From NCBI RefSeq assembly GCF_009914755.1, contig NC_060937.1: a stretch of DNA of 64,000 nucleotides; one strand, 5' to 3'. The DNA comes from the human T2T-CHM13v2.0 reference genome, Homo sapiens. Positions 38,890-53,276 of the stretch are shown here, piece by piece. A model generated the notes under the pieces. It was not told the DNA's origin and searched no databases. It worked only from the letters and a program-made list of their open reading frames with translations. Both the position numbers and the translations under genes were made by a program. Position 1 is the stretch's first letter. Each line of letters opens with the position of its first letter.

Positions 38890-41800
38890 AAACATGCTCC
38901 AGTGAAGCACCCAGATATATAAAGCAAATATTATTAGAGCTAAAGAGAGGGATAGGCCCAGATACACTATCTATTGGAGACTTCAACCCTCCACTTTCAG
39001 CTATGGAAAGATCTTCCAGACAGAAAATCAACAAAGAAACATTGGACTTAACCTGCACTATAGGCCAAATGGATCTAATAGGTATTTAAAGAACATTTCA
39101 TCCAACAGCTACAAAGTATACAATGTTTTCCTCATCACATGTATCATCCCTAAGTATAGGTGTTAAGATGTTAGGTCATGAAACAAGTCTTAAAACATTC
39201 AAAAAAAAAAAAAAAACAGAAATAGCATCAAGCATCTTCTCTGACCCCAATGGAATAAAACTAGAAATTAATTACAAGAGGAATTTTGGAAACTATAAAA
39301 ATACATGGAAATCAAACAATATGCTTCCGAATAACCAGTGGGTCAATGAAGAAATCAAGAAACAAATTGAAAAAATTTATTGCAACAAATAGTAATGAAA
39401 ACATACTAAAACCTTTGAATTTCTGTAGTTTCAGTTGTAATGGGATATGGCAAAAGCAAAACTAAGAGGAAACTTTATAGCTGTAAGTGTCTACATCAAA
39501 AAAGAGAAAAAGCATCAAATAAATAATCCAATGGTGCATCTTAAAGAACTACAAAAGCAACAACAAACCAGCCCAAAATTAGTAGAAGGAAAGAAATAAT
39601 AAAGATCAGAGCAGAAATAAATGAATTTGAAATGAATAAGACAATGCAAAAGATTTATGGCATAAAAAGTTGGTTTTTTGAAAAGATAAACAAAATTGAA
39701 AAACCTTTAGCTAGACTAAGAAAAAAGAGAGAAAATACAAAGAAATAAAATTAGAAATGAAAAAGGAGACATTACAACTGATACTACAGGAAATCAAAGC
39801 ATCATTATGGCTACTATGAGTAACTATATGTCAATAAATTGGAAAATCTAGAAGAAATGGACAGGTTCTTAGATACATACTACTTATAAAGATTGAACCA
39901 GGAAGAAATTGAAAACCTGAATAGACCAGTAACAAGTAATGAGATGGAAGCTGTAATAAAAATTCTCCTAGTAAAGAAAAGCCTGGGATCTGATGTCTTC
40001 ACAGCTGAATTCTAGCAAACATTTGAAGAACTAATACCAATCCTACTCAAGTTACTCTGAAAGATAGAGGAGGAGGAAATACTTACAAACTCATGCTACC
40101 AGGCCAGTATTACCCTGCTACCAAAAACCAGACAAAGACACATCATAAAAAAGAAAACTACAGGAAAATATCTCTGATGAATATTGATGTAAAAATCTTC
40201 AACAAAATATTAACAAAGTAAATTCAATAATGCATTGCAAAGATCATTTATCATGACCAAGTGGGATTTTCCCTGGAATACAAACATGGTTCAACATACA
40301 CAAATCAATCAATATTCTACATCATATCAACAGAAAGAATGATAACAATCATGCGATCATTTCAGTTGATGCTAAAAAAGCATCTAATAAAATTCAACAT
40401 TTTCTTCTTAGTAGAATAAAAGGTCAGAGTATGATAAAAATCCTCAAAAAAATTGGGTATAGGAGGAACATACCTCAAAATAATAAAAGCCCTATATTAC
40501 AGATCACAACTAGTATTATGCTGAATGAGGAAAAACTGAGAGTCTTTCACTTAAGATCTGGAAAACAACAAGGATACCCACTTTCACCACTGTTATTTCA
40601 CATAGTACTGGAAGTACTAGCTAGAGCAGTCAGACGAAAGAAGGAAATAAAGGACATCCAAAATGGATGGAAGACATCAAATTATCCTTGTTTGCAGATG
40701 ATATAATCTTATATTTGAAAAAACCTAAAGACTTCATACAAAATCTATTAGAACTGGAAAACAAATGCAATGAAGTTGCAGGATGAAAAACTAGCATGCA
40801 ATAATTCATAAATTCTATATGCCAATAGTGAGCAATTTGAAAAAGAAATAAAGTAATCCCATTTACAATAACCACAAATAAAATTTAATACCTAGGAATT
40901 AATTTAATCAAACACATAAAAGCTCTCTATAATGAAAACTATAAAACACTGATCAAATAAATTGAAGAGGATCCCCCAAAACTGATAAATTTTATATGTT
41001 CATGGATTGGAAGAATCAATATTATTAAAACGTCCATACTACCCAAAGCAATCTACAGATTCAATGCTATCCCTGTCAAAATACCAATTACATTCTTCAA
41101 AGGAATGGAAAAAAAATTCCTAAAATTTATATAGCCAAAGCTATTTTGAGGGAAAAAAAACCTGGAGGAATCACATTACCTGACTTCAAATTATACTACA
41201 GAGCTATAGTAATCAAAACAGCATGGTACTGGCATAAAAAGAAACACATAGGCTGATGAAACAGAATAGAGAACCCAGAAACAAATCCACACACTCACAG
41301 TAAACTCATTTTTGACAAAGATGCCGAGAACCTATGCTGAAGAAAATACAACCTCTTCATTAAATGGTGCTGGGAAAACTGGATATCAATATGCAGAAGA
41401 ATGAAACTAGATCCTTATCTCTTGCCGTATACAAAAGTGAAATTAAAATGGATTAAAGACTTAAATTTAAAACCTCAAACTTTGAAACTACTACAAGAAA
41501 ATATTGGGGACAATCCCCAGGACATTGGTCTGAGCAAAATTTCTTGAGTAATACCTCACAAGCACAGGCAATCAAAGCAAAAATTGACAAATGGTATTAC
41601 ATCAAGTTAAAATGCTTTTGCATAGCAGAGGAAACAATCAACAAAGTGAAGAGACAACAGACAGAATGGGAGATATGTTTGCAAACCACTCATCTCACAA
41701 GTGATTAAGAACCAGATATATAAGGAGTTCAAACAATTCCATAGGAAAAAGGTACTAATTAGATTTTAAAAAGGGGCAAAAGAATTGAATGGACATTTCT

Positions 41801-42775
41801 CAAAGGAAGACATACAAATTGCAAACAGGCATATGAAGAGATATTTAACATCATTAATCATCAAAGAAAAGCCAATCAAAACTACAATGAGATATATTTT
41901 CTCCCCAATTAAAATGGCTTATATCCAAAAGGCAGGCAATAAACGCTGGCAAAAATGTGAAGAAAAGTGAATCTTTGTACACTGTTGGTGGAAATGTAAG
42001 TTAGTATAACCACTATGGAGAACAGTTTGGGGATTACTGAAAAAACTAAAAATAGAGCTAGCATATGATCCAGCAATCCCACTGCTGAGTATATACCTAA
42101 AGAAAGAAAATCAGTTGATTGAAGAGATATCTGCACTCCCTTGTTTGTTGCAGCAGTGTTCACAATAGCTAAGATTTGGAAGCAACCTAAACGTCCATCA
42201 ACAGATTAATGGATAATGAAAATGTGGTACATATACACAATGGAGCACTATTCAGCCATTAAAAAAAAAAAAGAATGAGATTTGTCATTTGCAACAACAT
42301 GAATGGAACTGGAGGTCATTGTGTTAAGTGAAAGAAGCCAGGCACAGAAAGACAATCTTCACATGTTCTCATTGATTTGTGGGAGCTAAAAATTAAAACA
42401 GTTGAACTCATCAAGATAGAGAGTAGAAGGGTGGTTACCAGAGGCTGGGAACAGAGGGACAAGGGGGTGAGGATGGTTAATGGGTACAAGAAAATAGTTA
42501 GAAAGAATGAATAACACTTTGTATTTACTAGTACAACATTGTTACTGTAGTCAATAATAATTTTATTGTATATTTTAAAATAATTAAAACAGTATAATTG
42601 GATTATTTGTAACACAAAGGATAAATGCTTGAGGTAATCGATATCCCATTTATCCAGATGTGATTATTATGCATTACATGTCTGTATCAAAATATCTTAT
42701 GTACCCCATAAGTATATATGCTTATTATGTACACATAAAAATTAAAAATAGTAAAATAAAAATATTTAAAAAATG
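38890..42775 (+). mobile_element. 5'-truncated LINE-1 (L1MA1/2-like), ORF2 to 3' end
   Basis: EN region 'gcacccagatatataaagc', RT 'tgtttgcagatgatataatc' near 40690, a 3'UTR matching the reverse complement of 6517-7100, and an A-rich tail. Disrupted. Confidence 0.93.
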
Positions 42776-42784
42776 AAATTCATT

Positions 42785-44710
42785 TTGGAAAGGAAGAGGT
42801 AATGATTTATCTCTACTCATAGATAAGATGACCTTCTATATATAAAATCCTAAGAAATACACACACAAGCATAAGCAAACACACCCCCACAGCTGATTAT
42901 GTCTAATATGTCTAATAAATTCAGTAAGGCTGCAGAATACATAATTAGCATACAAAAAACAATAATAATTCCCTATACTAACAGTGAAGAATATAAAAAT
43001 TATGTGAAGAAAACAATTCCATTTCCCATGGCATCAAAAAATAAATAAAACAAAGAAATACATTTAGCAAAAGAAATTCAAGGCTTGTGCAATGAAAATT
43101 ACAAAATATTGTTGAAGGTGAGAAAATATCTAAACAAACATAAAGCAATTCCGTGTTCAGTGATTGGTCAACTAAATATCATTAAAATTGAAATACTCCA
43201 CGAACTAATCATATTGTGGATTCAAACAATCCCAAACAAATTCTCATTTTTTTATGTCTGTGGAATGTTAGAAGCTAATACCAAATTTTGTATGGAAATG
43301 TAAAGGATGCAGAATATTTTAAACAATCTTTAAAATTAGAACAAAATTAGAAGACATATTTCTCCTAATGTCATAACTTAGGAAAACATTTTCAGTAATA
43401 AGGACAGTATGGTACTAGAGTAGAAGAGATATTTACACCAATGGAAAAGAAGTGGCATCAAAAAATAAACACTTATGTTCATAATAAAGGTATTTTTGAC
43501 AAGGGTACAAAGGCAACTCAAGTGGGAGAGTAATAGTCTTTTAACCATATGGCTGAAATAATTGGTTATCCATGCAAAAAAAAAAAAATGAAGTTGAACT
43601 CCTACCTCGCACTATATATAAAAATGAACTTAAAACTGACCGTTGACCTAAATGTGAGTGCTAAAACTATACAAATTAAAACAAAACATAGGAGTAAATC
43701 TGTGAGGTTGGGTTAGACAATGATTTTCTATATATGACACCAAAAGTACAAGTAACCAAAGACAATATATAAATACTTTGGATTTCATCACAATCATTTG
43801 CAACAACATGGAAAAACATGGAAGACATTATGCTAATTGAACTAAGCTAGGCACAGATTGACAAATTCCACATGAGCTCATTTAAATGTGGAATCTAAAA
43901 ATGTTGATGTCATAGAAATAGAGAGTAAAACCGTGGTTACTAGAGATTGAGGTTGTTGGCAGGAATTGAGTGACTAGGAGATGTAGATCCCCGGATACAT
44001 AATTACAGTTAGAAGAAATAAGTTCAAGAGATGTGTTGCACAAGGTGGCTGTATGGTGACTAAAGTTAATGATGATATATTGTGTTCTTGAAAAATGCAT
44101 AGACAGTGGATGTAAGCATTATTATCCCCAAACTATAACTATTTGAGGCAATACATTATTAATTAGCTAGATTAAACTATTACATAATATATACATACTT
44201 TAAACTATCATGTTGTACATGACAAATACATAACAAAATTTTGCATTTTAAGAACACCATCTGGAAAGTGAAAAGACTGCCCACTTATAATCCCAAAATA
44301 GAAACGACTTAAATATGCATCAACTGAAGAAAGGATTAACATATGTTGCATATCCATATATACTGTAGTATACTACAAATGTTATTTGGATATGAAAAGG
44401 AATGAAATACTGATACCTATGACAACATGGTTGTACCTAAAGAACATTATGCTAAGTAAAAGAAACCAATCACAAAAGACCACATGATACCATTTATAGT
44501 AAAATCTAGAATAGGCTAATCCATCAAAATAGAAAGTACACTATTGGCTGCCTATGACTGGAGAAGTGGGGATTGAGGAGTAATTCATAATGAGTATGGG
44601 TTTTCCTTCTGTAGTGATGAAAATATACTAAAATTAGGTAGTGATGATGTTTGTATAACTGAATATACTAAAAAAAGATGAAATGTATACTTTAAACAGA
44701 TGAATACAAA
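42785..44710 (+). mobile_element. Older L1M (MB/MC-like) ORF2-3'UTR with a nested L1MA 3'UTR fragment (about 43795-44232)
   Basis: Diverged RT to C-terminal sequence, interrupted by 'catttgcaacaacatgg...tgttgtacatgacaaatacat', then resuming. Confidence 0.72.
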
Positions 44711-44874
44711 AGACAAAAGAATTACTAATGGTAATATTCCTGTTTATCTGTGCTTGAAATTAATATAAGCTGAATATTTCAATTTTATGGTAATAAATTT
44801 CCATCTTATTTAAGGCGGTTTTGATCAAATTTTCCGTAATTTGCAAAAAAGTGTCCTAAGTTTTTTTGTGCTGC

Positions 44875-45080
44875 TCATAGACATAAAGGCAGAAACAATA
44901 GATACTAGGGGCTTCCAAAAGGAAGAGAGAGGGAGGGGGGCAAGAGTTGAAAAACTACCTACTGGATCCAGTGTTCACTATTTGGGCAGCAGGTTCAGTA
45001 GAAGCCCAAATCCCAGCATTACGCATTATACCTATGTAACAAACCTGCACATGTGCTCCATGAATCTATAAGTTTAAAAA
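44875..45080 (+). mobile_element. Short L1PB-like 3' end
   Basis: 'gttgaaaaactacctactgg...gaagcccaaa...atgtaacaaacctgcacatgt' followed by an A-rich end. Confidence 0.85.
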
Positions 45081-46199
45081 TGTTTTATGTACTGCATACC
45101 TAACTTATATAAAGGCAGTTAGGTAATGCCCCAAGAACAGATATCAGAAGGAAACTAAAAATAAAGTTAAGCCATGCTAGTTTTTAATCCCAATGTTAGC
45201 TCCAATTAAGTTTGATAAATTTTTTTAGACTACTGAAACAAGGTACATCAAACTAGATTTTTGTTTTTTTAGCATTTGTGGACCGTTTTTTTTTTCAAAA
45301 TGCAGTAGCAAAAAAAGAAACAAACAGTCCCAAACATCCCTACAGCTTTCATTTATAGGAAAAAAATGCCATTATTTTTTGCAATACACTGTATAAAGAT
45401 CAATTTACTTTCATGAATGCATTGGTAAGGCTGAAATTATATTTTCATTAATAGAGTTCTAGGCCTGAAGATTTAATATATGCAAGAGAACAGCAATTTT
45501 CAATAGCATATCCCTTAAAATTATTGTCACTTTAATGGCTTGAGCTAAACAGAATTATTTAAGTTATAAAAGGCTATTTAGATCATTGATTCAATTAGGG
45601 CAATTCACCATGTTGTCATTTTTTTATGAACTCATCAGTATACTTGTCACACAAGGTGAACCAATACAGTAAATGAATCATGCCAAAAATCTCTCTATTA
45701 GACAAGTTTCATTATCTGGGACAGAGCAGTTATTTAAATATCATTAAAACAGGCTTAAAAGAGGACTAAAAGTGAGTAAAAAGCTGAAATAGAGCAACAC
45801 AGAGAGAGAAATAGTGATTTAGTGATTTTAATAACTATAAAATATTTCTTCCTTTGATTTGCTTGGAGAAGAAGTGATAACATATCTTTCTTCATCTATT
45901 GGACTTAAAACATAACTTTGATCATAAAGCTATGGGACTTGATAATCTTTCCCGGTATACTACTTTTTTGATATTCTTTATACATTCTACAGGTGGAGAG
46001 GAGAAAACTCTGTGCTAAATATACTCCTGGAAAAGTGCATTTGCTTCGGAGAAATCTTTATCATGGGTCTCTAAGAGGAAGGAACAATAGCATCTTCTAT
46101 GTGCCGAGGTAGCGCAATAATGAACTCTGTTCAAGTGGATCAAAAGCCATCAAGGTCAAAATTAGGCACAGGTGAGGCAGGACTTTTCTGATAGAATTG

Positions 46200-46618
46200 T
46201 ATATTAGTCCATTCTCACATTGCTGTAAGTACTTGGGACTGGGTAATTTATAAAGAACAGAAGTTTAATTGGCTCATGTTTCCACAGGCTGTACAGGAAG
46301 CGTGATTCTGGCATCTGTTTGGTTTCTGGGAAGGCCTCAGGAAACTTAAAGTCATGGAAGAAGGGGAAGGGAGAGCAGGCACGTCTTACATGACCAAAGC
46401 AGGAAGAAGAGAGAGAAGTGTGGAGGTGCTATACACTTTTAAACAGCCAGATCTTGTGAGAACTCTGTCAGAAGAACAGCACTAGGGAAATGGTGCTAAA
46501 CCATTCTTGGGGACTCCATCCCTGTGATACAATCACCTCCCACCAGGCCCCACCTCCAACACTGAGAATTACAACTCAACATGAGATTTGGATGGGGACA
46601 CAGATCCAAACCATATCA
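46200..46618 (-). mobile_element. MSTA-like solo LTR
   Basis: 'tattagtccattctcacattgct...ccaaaccatatca'. TSD aattg/aattt. Confidence 0.92.
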
Positions 46619-47808
46619 AATTTTCACACCTTTCAGTAAAGCTTTATATTTTTTAAGGATATTTAAGTACTTGGAAGTAGAAGTAGAGAGTAAGGGGAAT
46701 ATTGTACAGCCATCACAGCCTTTGTCTACTAAAGAAGTCAGTTTCATGTGACAAATGTTCATTTTAATATTCGCTTCTTCAGTCCATCTGGGGGTGTTTC
46801 CTTATTTCTATAAGATGCTGCTTTTCAAAAAAATTACCGAAAGCATTCTGGAAATCCAAGAGTAATTGTGTGAACTATAAGCATTAGAAAACACAGACAT
46901 AAGTTGAAAATATTTATGAACCTAAATAGATGTAAAGCTAGTGACTCATATTTTATAATGTATTCACAGATGATATTTCTTAAATAAAGTAGGCATTTCT
47001 TTAAAATAAAAACTCTAATAATATATGTTATTAAGAAGAAAACTAGAAAAGGAAGAAAAAAAGTGATGGTATGTTTGGAAGATGCTGAGGTGAGCTGGTG
47101 ATAAAATTATCTCCACTGAAAAAGGAATACAAAGAGCAGACACTGAATAAGCCAGACAATGTTTGAGTTTTTTCTGAAACCACTGTGCAGTTTTGGACTT
47201 TGACCTGATTTAATTTTCACCTCTGTTCTTCCTCCCACTCCTTCTCTTCCTTCATCTCATCCTCCTCTGCCTTTTACCTCTTTTAAAAATTGCATTTTGC
47301 AAACAAATACATGTTTGCCATCAATGAAACTATTTCAAGAGTTCTATAGAGATCAAAATGAAGGGCTTCCTGCGTTGATGGTTAATTCTACCATCTTCCC
47401 CAGGTGCAACAGCTGTTAGCAGTATAGCCTTCAGTTACCAGTTTCAGGCATTTACCTATGCGTCTGAACAAATGCATTAAAAAATAATGAACACACATGC
47501 AAACTGGTTTGTTTCCATTTTACTTAGCTCTGTAAGGTGCCATGTTTTACATATTCTGCAAATTCTCCCCATGTACAATACACATAAACCCAGTATTATT
47601 TTTAACATCTCCAATATTTTGGTACACTTCAATTTATTTACCACTTGTTCCCAATTCTTGGTGATATCAATGTGTCAAGCTCTTTCAAAAGAACTTTGGT
47701 TTATCATCCGCCTTTCACCCTGACCATTTATATGTTCATTTTGCTTTGACAAGCAGGACTTGACTTCTTTCAGCTTCCTGACTCACTTGGAATTGTATCA
47801 ACAGGTGA

Positions 47809-48146
<338 letters not shown>

Positions 48147-48624
48147 GGGAACTTCTGAAGATAGCATTAACATCTCACAACTATCAGGGAAAGAATTTGA
48201 TATTAAAACTTTCAAAATTAAAACCATAAAGGTTCCTCCGCACAGTGTCACTTTTTTAGTCTATCCACTGAATAAAATATTAATTAAAATACATTTATAT
48301 ACAAGGAATACTGCTGCAATATTTTTGTACCTGCAGAAAATATAGACAATATAAATGCCAATGGGGAATGGTTAAATAAAGTGGATTCCACTCATAAAAG
48401 TGAATATTATGTCAATCCACCCATGTCTTTTGATCTGGGTGAATTATTTTTATTTTTTAATAAAGAAATGAATTCATTATTTTAATCTAAAGTATAATAT
48501 TTTTGTTTACTAATACATTTTTATTATTTAAATTATAACTACATAATTTTTCAGAATCAAGTAGCATTTTTTTCCCTTTTATCTTTTGGTACTTATTGGT
48601 TACAGCAAAGCAGCTTTTATTATT

Positions 48625-49720
48625 TACTTTTTAAAATTTCAACATTTATTTTAGATTCAGGAGATACACATGCAAGTTTGCTACTTGGATATGTTTGTGA
48701 TGCTGAGGTTAGGATGCAATTGATTCTGTCGCCCAGGTACTGAGCACAGAGCCCAATAGTTAATTTTCAATCCTTGACCCGCTCCCATCCTCCCTCTTTG
48801 TATTAGTCTGTTCTCACATTGCTATAAAACAAAACCTGAAACTGGGTAATTTATAAAGAAAGCAGGTTTAATTGCTTATGGTTCCATAGGCTGTACAGAA
48901 AGTATTATGCTGGCATCTACTTGGCTTTTGGAAAGATCTCAGGAAACTTAAAATCATGGCGGAAGGCAAAGGAGGAGCCAGCACTTCACATGGCTGGAGC
49001 AGGAGTAGGGGGAGGTGACAAACACTTTTAAATAACCAGATGTCACCCAGAACTCACTATCATAGGAACTGCACCAAAGGGGAAATCTGTCCCCACGATT
49101 TAATCACTTCCAACCGGGCCCCACCTCCAACACTAGGGATCGCAATTTGACATGAGATTTGGATAGAGACACAGATCCAAACCATATCACCCCTCTAGTA
49201 GTCCCCACTGACTATCGTTGGCATCTTTATGTCCATGAGTACTAACATTTAGTTCCCATTTATAAATGAGGACATATGGTATTTGGTTCTCTGTTTCTGT
49301 ATTAATTTGTTTAGGATAGGGGGCTCCATCTGCATACATTTTGCTGCAAAGGGCATGATTTTGTTTTTGTTTTTAATGCTGTGTAGAATTCCATGGTATA
49401 TATGTACCCCATTTTTAAAATCCAATCTACTATTGACGGGGGCCTAGGTTGCTTACATGTCTTTACTATTGTAAATAGTGCTGCAATGAATATATGAGTG
49501 TATGTGTCTTATTGGTAGAATGACGTATTTTCTTTTGGATATTATATATACCCAGTAATGAGGTTGGTGGGTTGAATGGTAGTTCTAAGTTTTTATCTTC
49601 ATTGTATTTTTCTTACTTAATAATTCACTCAGATCAGAACACTTATACACTGTTGGTGGGAATGTGATATAGTTCAGCCACTCTGGGAAGTGGTTTGGAG
49701 AATTTTCAAAGAACTTCAAA
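48625..49720 (-). mobile_element. L1PA15/16-like 3' end with 5' inversion (49637-49720 is on +), interrupted by MSTA
   Basis: Same 3'UTR type as 5795-6516. The antisense part ends near 49595 and the adjacent upstream L1 segment follows in sense orientation. Confidence 0.85.
48799..49189 (-). mobile_element. MSTA-like solo LTR
   Basis: 'tgtattagtctgttctcacattgctataaa...ccaaaccatatca', nested in the L1 3'UTR. Confidence 0.92.
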
Positions 49721-51275
49721 AAGGGGGAAATCTGTCCCCATGATTTAATCACCTCCCACCAGGCCCCACCTCCAAAGTGCTAATCTTGCCTACCTGTAGT
49801 GGGTAGGACAGGGGTTGAGGGATGATGTGAGGGAAGAAAAACAATGGGCTGTATGTATAGATAGCTATGCATATTTGAGAGATAATACATAATATTATAC
49901 CTAAGTATTATGTATATGTAGATATATAAATATGTCAAAATTGATCATTCAAAGACATGGTCTGGAAGCTCTTATGACCAAATTAAAATAGAAATTTTAT
50001 TTTGGAAGATGTTAACAAGCAATTTCTTCTTAGATTTCCATTGTTTCAAAATCTTGTCTGTAATAATAAAGGGCAATTTTTAAAAATAATAAAAAGGATA
50101 AACATCCTAAATCAGAAGAGGAAAGAGTGCCAACAATGCACTAGAGATTTCTATACAGGACATAAATAGATATGAGCTACCAATACAAAGAAAATATTTT
50201 TATGTGTTCATGTTTTATTTTGCTTCTAAACAGAGTAAATGAAATTATCAGAAAGCACTAGAAAACTCCCAGAGTTTGATTAGCAGAAGCTTACATCAAG
50301 ATGAAGCAATGGGGTTGTTGGTAGGAACAAGCTGAGTTGTTCAGAAAATGGTGACAGGGCTACCTCCGTGATGCCCTGGACACAAAACTCATCTCTAACC
50401 AACACTTGGCATGAAATGTGCCCCGAGTAAAATGTAGGCATTGTAGTGGGCTTTGTGAAAGGGCAATTGTATCTTTTAGAAAAGAGGAACTGTGCATCAA
50501 CTATCCTTGAGCTAGTACTGAAACAAAGAACAAACCAAACGAAACCTTGAGCAACGGTGTCTTGTGCTCTACTCTAATTGCCCTGCCTGGCAGTTTATTC
50601 CAGTAGAATTCTGACTTGGCATTGATCCTTGTTAAGCTCACAATCTGGCAAAAGCTGAGGACGCTGTCAAGCTAGCAAGTGTGGTGGTTACAGGGGAGCA
50701 GGTGCCCCTAAGCATGACTCAGAATCTACAGTTACCAGAGTTCCTGCCTGGAGCAACTCGACAAAATACGGGCCCCCTCCCTAGTTTACAGCTGCCCACA
50801 TGGTTAACTCAGCCTTAACATATTATGGCAAACTGGATCAGTAGAATACGAAAAAAAAAAAAAAAATCAGAGTAAACACAAATTTCTTCCTTCTCCCTTT
50901 ATCTGTAATACAGGTATTTGAAGATGGGTCTGCAATATATCTGACAGAACACATTTAAACTTCCAAAAAGAATGTATTAAAAGAGAGAATACAGAAATAT
51001 CATTAGGCACATTAAATGACTCCATGGTTGGAAGAAAAATGATTATTTTAGAATTTTGAAAAGAATATTGTAATTTGTAAAAGGCACCCTGTCTCCTTAC
51101 AGTATGTTGTACATAGTGCCTACAATATTTGAAAACAAATGCCATCAATATAAAGAAAACAAATTGAGTCTGGAGAATATGCTTTCAAGAAACAAACAAA
51201 AATACCATATTAAAATGCTATCAAGGGGGCAATAACCATAAGATTAAACAGTAGAGAAATCGAGGTCAAGATATT

Positions 51276-51580
51276 TCTTTTTTCCTTTTTTTCTTTTTTT
51301 GAGATGGAATTTTGTTCCCGTTGCCCAGGCTGGAGCGCAAAGCCCCAGTCTCAGCTCGCCGCAAACTCCACCTCCCCTGTTCAAGTGATTCTCCTGCCTC
51401 AGCCTCCCGAGTAGCTGGGATTACAGGTGTGGGCCACCACCCCAGCTAATTTTGTATTTTTAGTAGAAATGGGGTTTCTCCATGTTGGTCAGGCTGGTCT
51501 CGAACTCCCGACCCCAGGTGATCCGCCCGCCTCAGCCTCCCAAAATGCTGGGATTACAGGCATAAGCCACCGTGCCTGGC
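51276..51580 (-). mobile_element. Alu (AluSp/Sq-like)
   Basis: 'gtttctccatgttggtcaggctggtctcgaactcccgacc' diagnostics. Short TSD atattt. Confidence 0.94.
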
Positions 51581-52941
51581 CATATTTTCTTAAATTTAGA
51601 AAAAATATGATTTTGCAAAAAGATCAGTTACAAGAGGAGCAAGTTGGAGAATGGAAGTAGGTCTGATATACATGAATTAGGAAATACAGAAAAAATTGAA
51701 GATAAAAAGAATAATAATCAATTAAATAATGGAAGAAACTTTCTTCCACATAAAAGAGGATATGCATCTTCATAACAAAATGATTCATTGTTGATCAGGC
51801 AAAGGGACTGGAAAAATATTTGTTCATGTATTAGTGTATGTGTGTGTGTGTGAAATTTTATGTTGTCTGATAGCGAAATTCAAAATACTACCAAATTGCT
51901 CTCCAAAATGTATTGCTCTGATTTATACTCAAAATTCAGTTCTCACAGTCCTAAAATATGATGCATATTTTTTCCAAATTAAACAAACTTCAAAATTAAA
52001 TTATACAAAATAATACAAATGTAGATATTAAGAGTTTCCTTAAAAGGTGGTAAGGCTTGAGATGAATAAGGTGAAAAATATCAACTGTATGTATTTCCTA
52101 GTAAAAGCAATTCTGTAATTAAGTACTTGACAGGGCTGATGTGATGACACTTTAGTAAGAGTGATATCAAAGTGACTGTGGCCGAATACTCTATTTCATC
52201 TGAAGATAGGCACTGTCTTGTGATTTATTGGTCACAGATCAAAGGTAAAAATATTTCTCCCTGCTACAACATATATTTGATTTCCAAAACTGTGAATTCT
52301 AGCTTTTAATTCTAGCATATTCTCTGAACTCAATAAATAAAGTCTAATAAAGTAGGCAAATGGCCAAAAGCCTGCTTTAGAAATGTAGGAATATGTCCTT
52401 ACCCAATTTTGAAACCTTTTAGCTAAATGTTGATCTGAAATTGTATGTAAGCCCACAGTTCCATCTAGAAAATAACTGAGTTTTTGAAAACAGTTGTGAC
52501 TACTGCAGCCATGCCATATGGCCATCTTTTAGTTGTATTAACTAAGATTACTGGGGAATTTCTAAGTTCCTTATTTTTTTCAACAAATTAGTTTATTCAG
52601 TAAAGAATTTGTGACAAAATGAATTTCATTAAAGTCTGCCTAACATACACAAGGTTAGGTAATTATGATAATTATAACCACAAGATTGTAACCTTTAAAA
52701 CTATCAAAACCACAACTTCTTCTTTAATGATTAAATAAATAATATAACTATTTTACATTAAAAAAGTGATTATAAATTTTTCTTTCATTCAACATTTCTT
52801 ATTCTTGACCTTTGATTAAATATCTTTAAAGGCACGGTGATCTTCTTGGGTTATAGCAGCTTAAGACTTTTAAAATTGTATATATGTTTTTACTCTAGTG
52901 CAGAGAATGCAGCCAACTGATTTTTGAAAGATCATGGCATG

Positions 52942-53276
52942 GGCTGGGTGCAGTGAGTGGTTCACACCTATAATTCCAGCAGTTTGGGAGGTGGAGGCAG
53001 GCAGATTGCTTAAGCCCAGAAGCTCAAGATCAGTTTGGGCAACATGGTGAAACTATTTTCTCTAAAAAAAATTAAAAAAAAAACAACAACAACAACAAAA
53101 AAACTAGCTGGCACTGGTAGCACGTGCCGCTAGTCCCAGCTACCCAGGAAGTGGAAATGAGAGGATCACTTGAGCACGGGAGATCTAGCTGTAGTGAGTT
53201 TCGATCGCGCCACTGCACTTCAGCCTGTGTGGCAAAATACGACCTTGTTTATTAAAAAAAAAAAAAAAAAAAAAAA
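52942..53276 (+). mobile_element. Alu (AluJ-like)
   Basis: Diverged dimer with poly-A. TSD aaagatcatggcatg / aaagaccatggcatg. Confidence 0.93.

Noticed and set aside
50270-50830. Possible enhancer or exon in a GC-richer unique patch (AP-1 site TGACTCA at 50715)
   Set aside because: A single 7-mer is expected by chance in 64 kb, and I saw no convincing splice-site pair or ORF.
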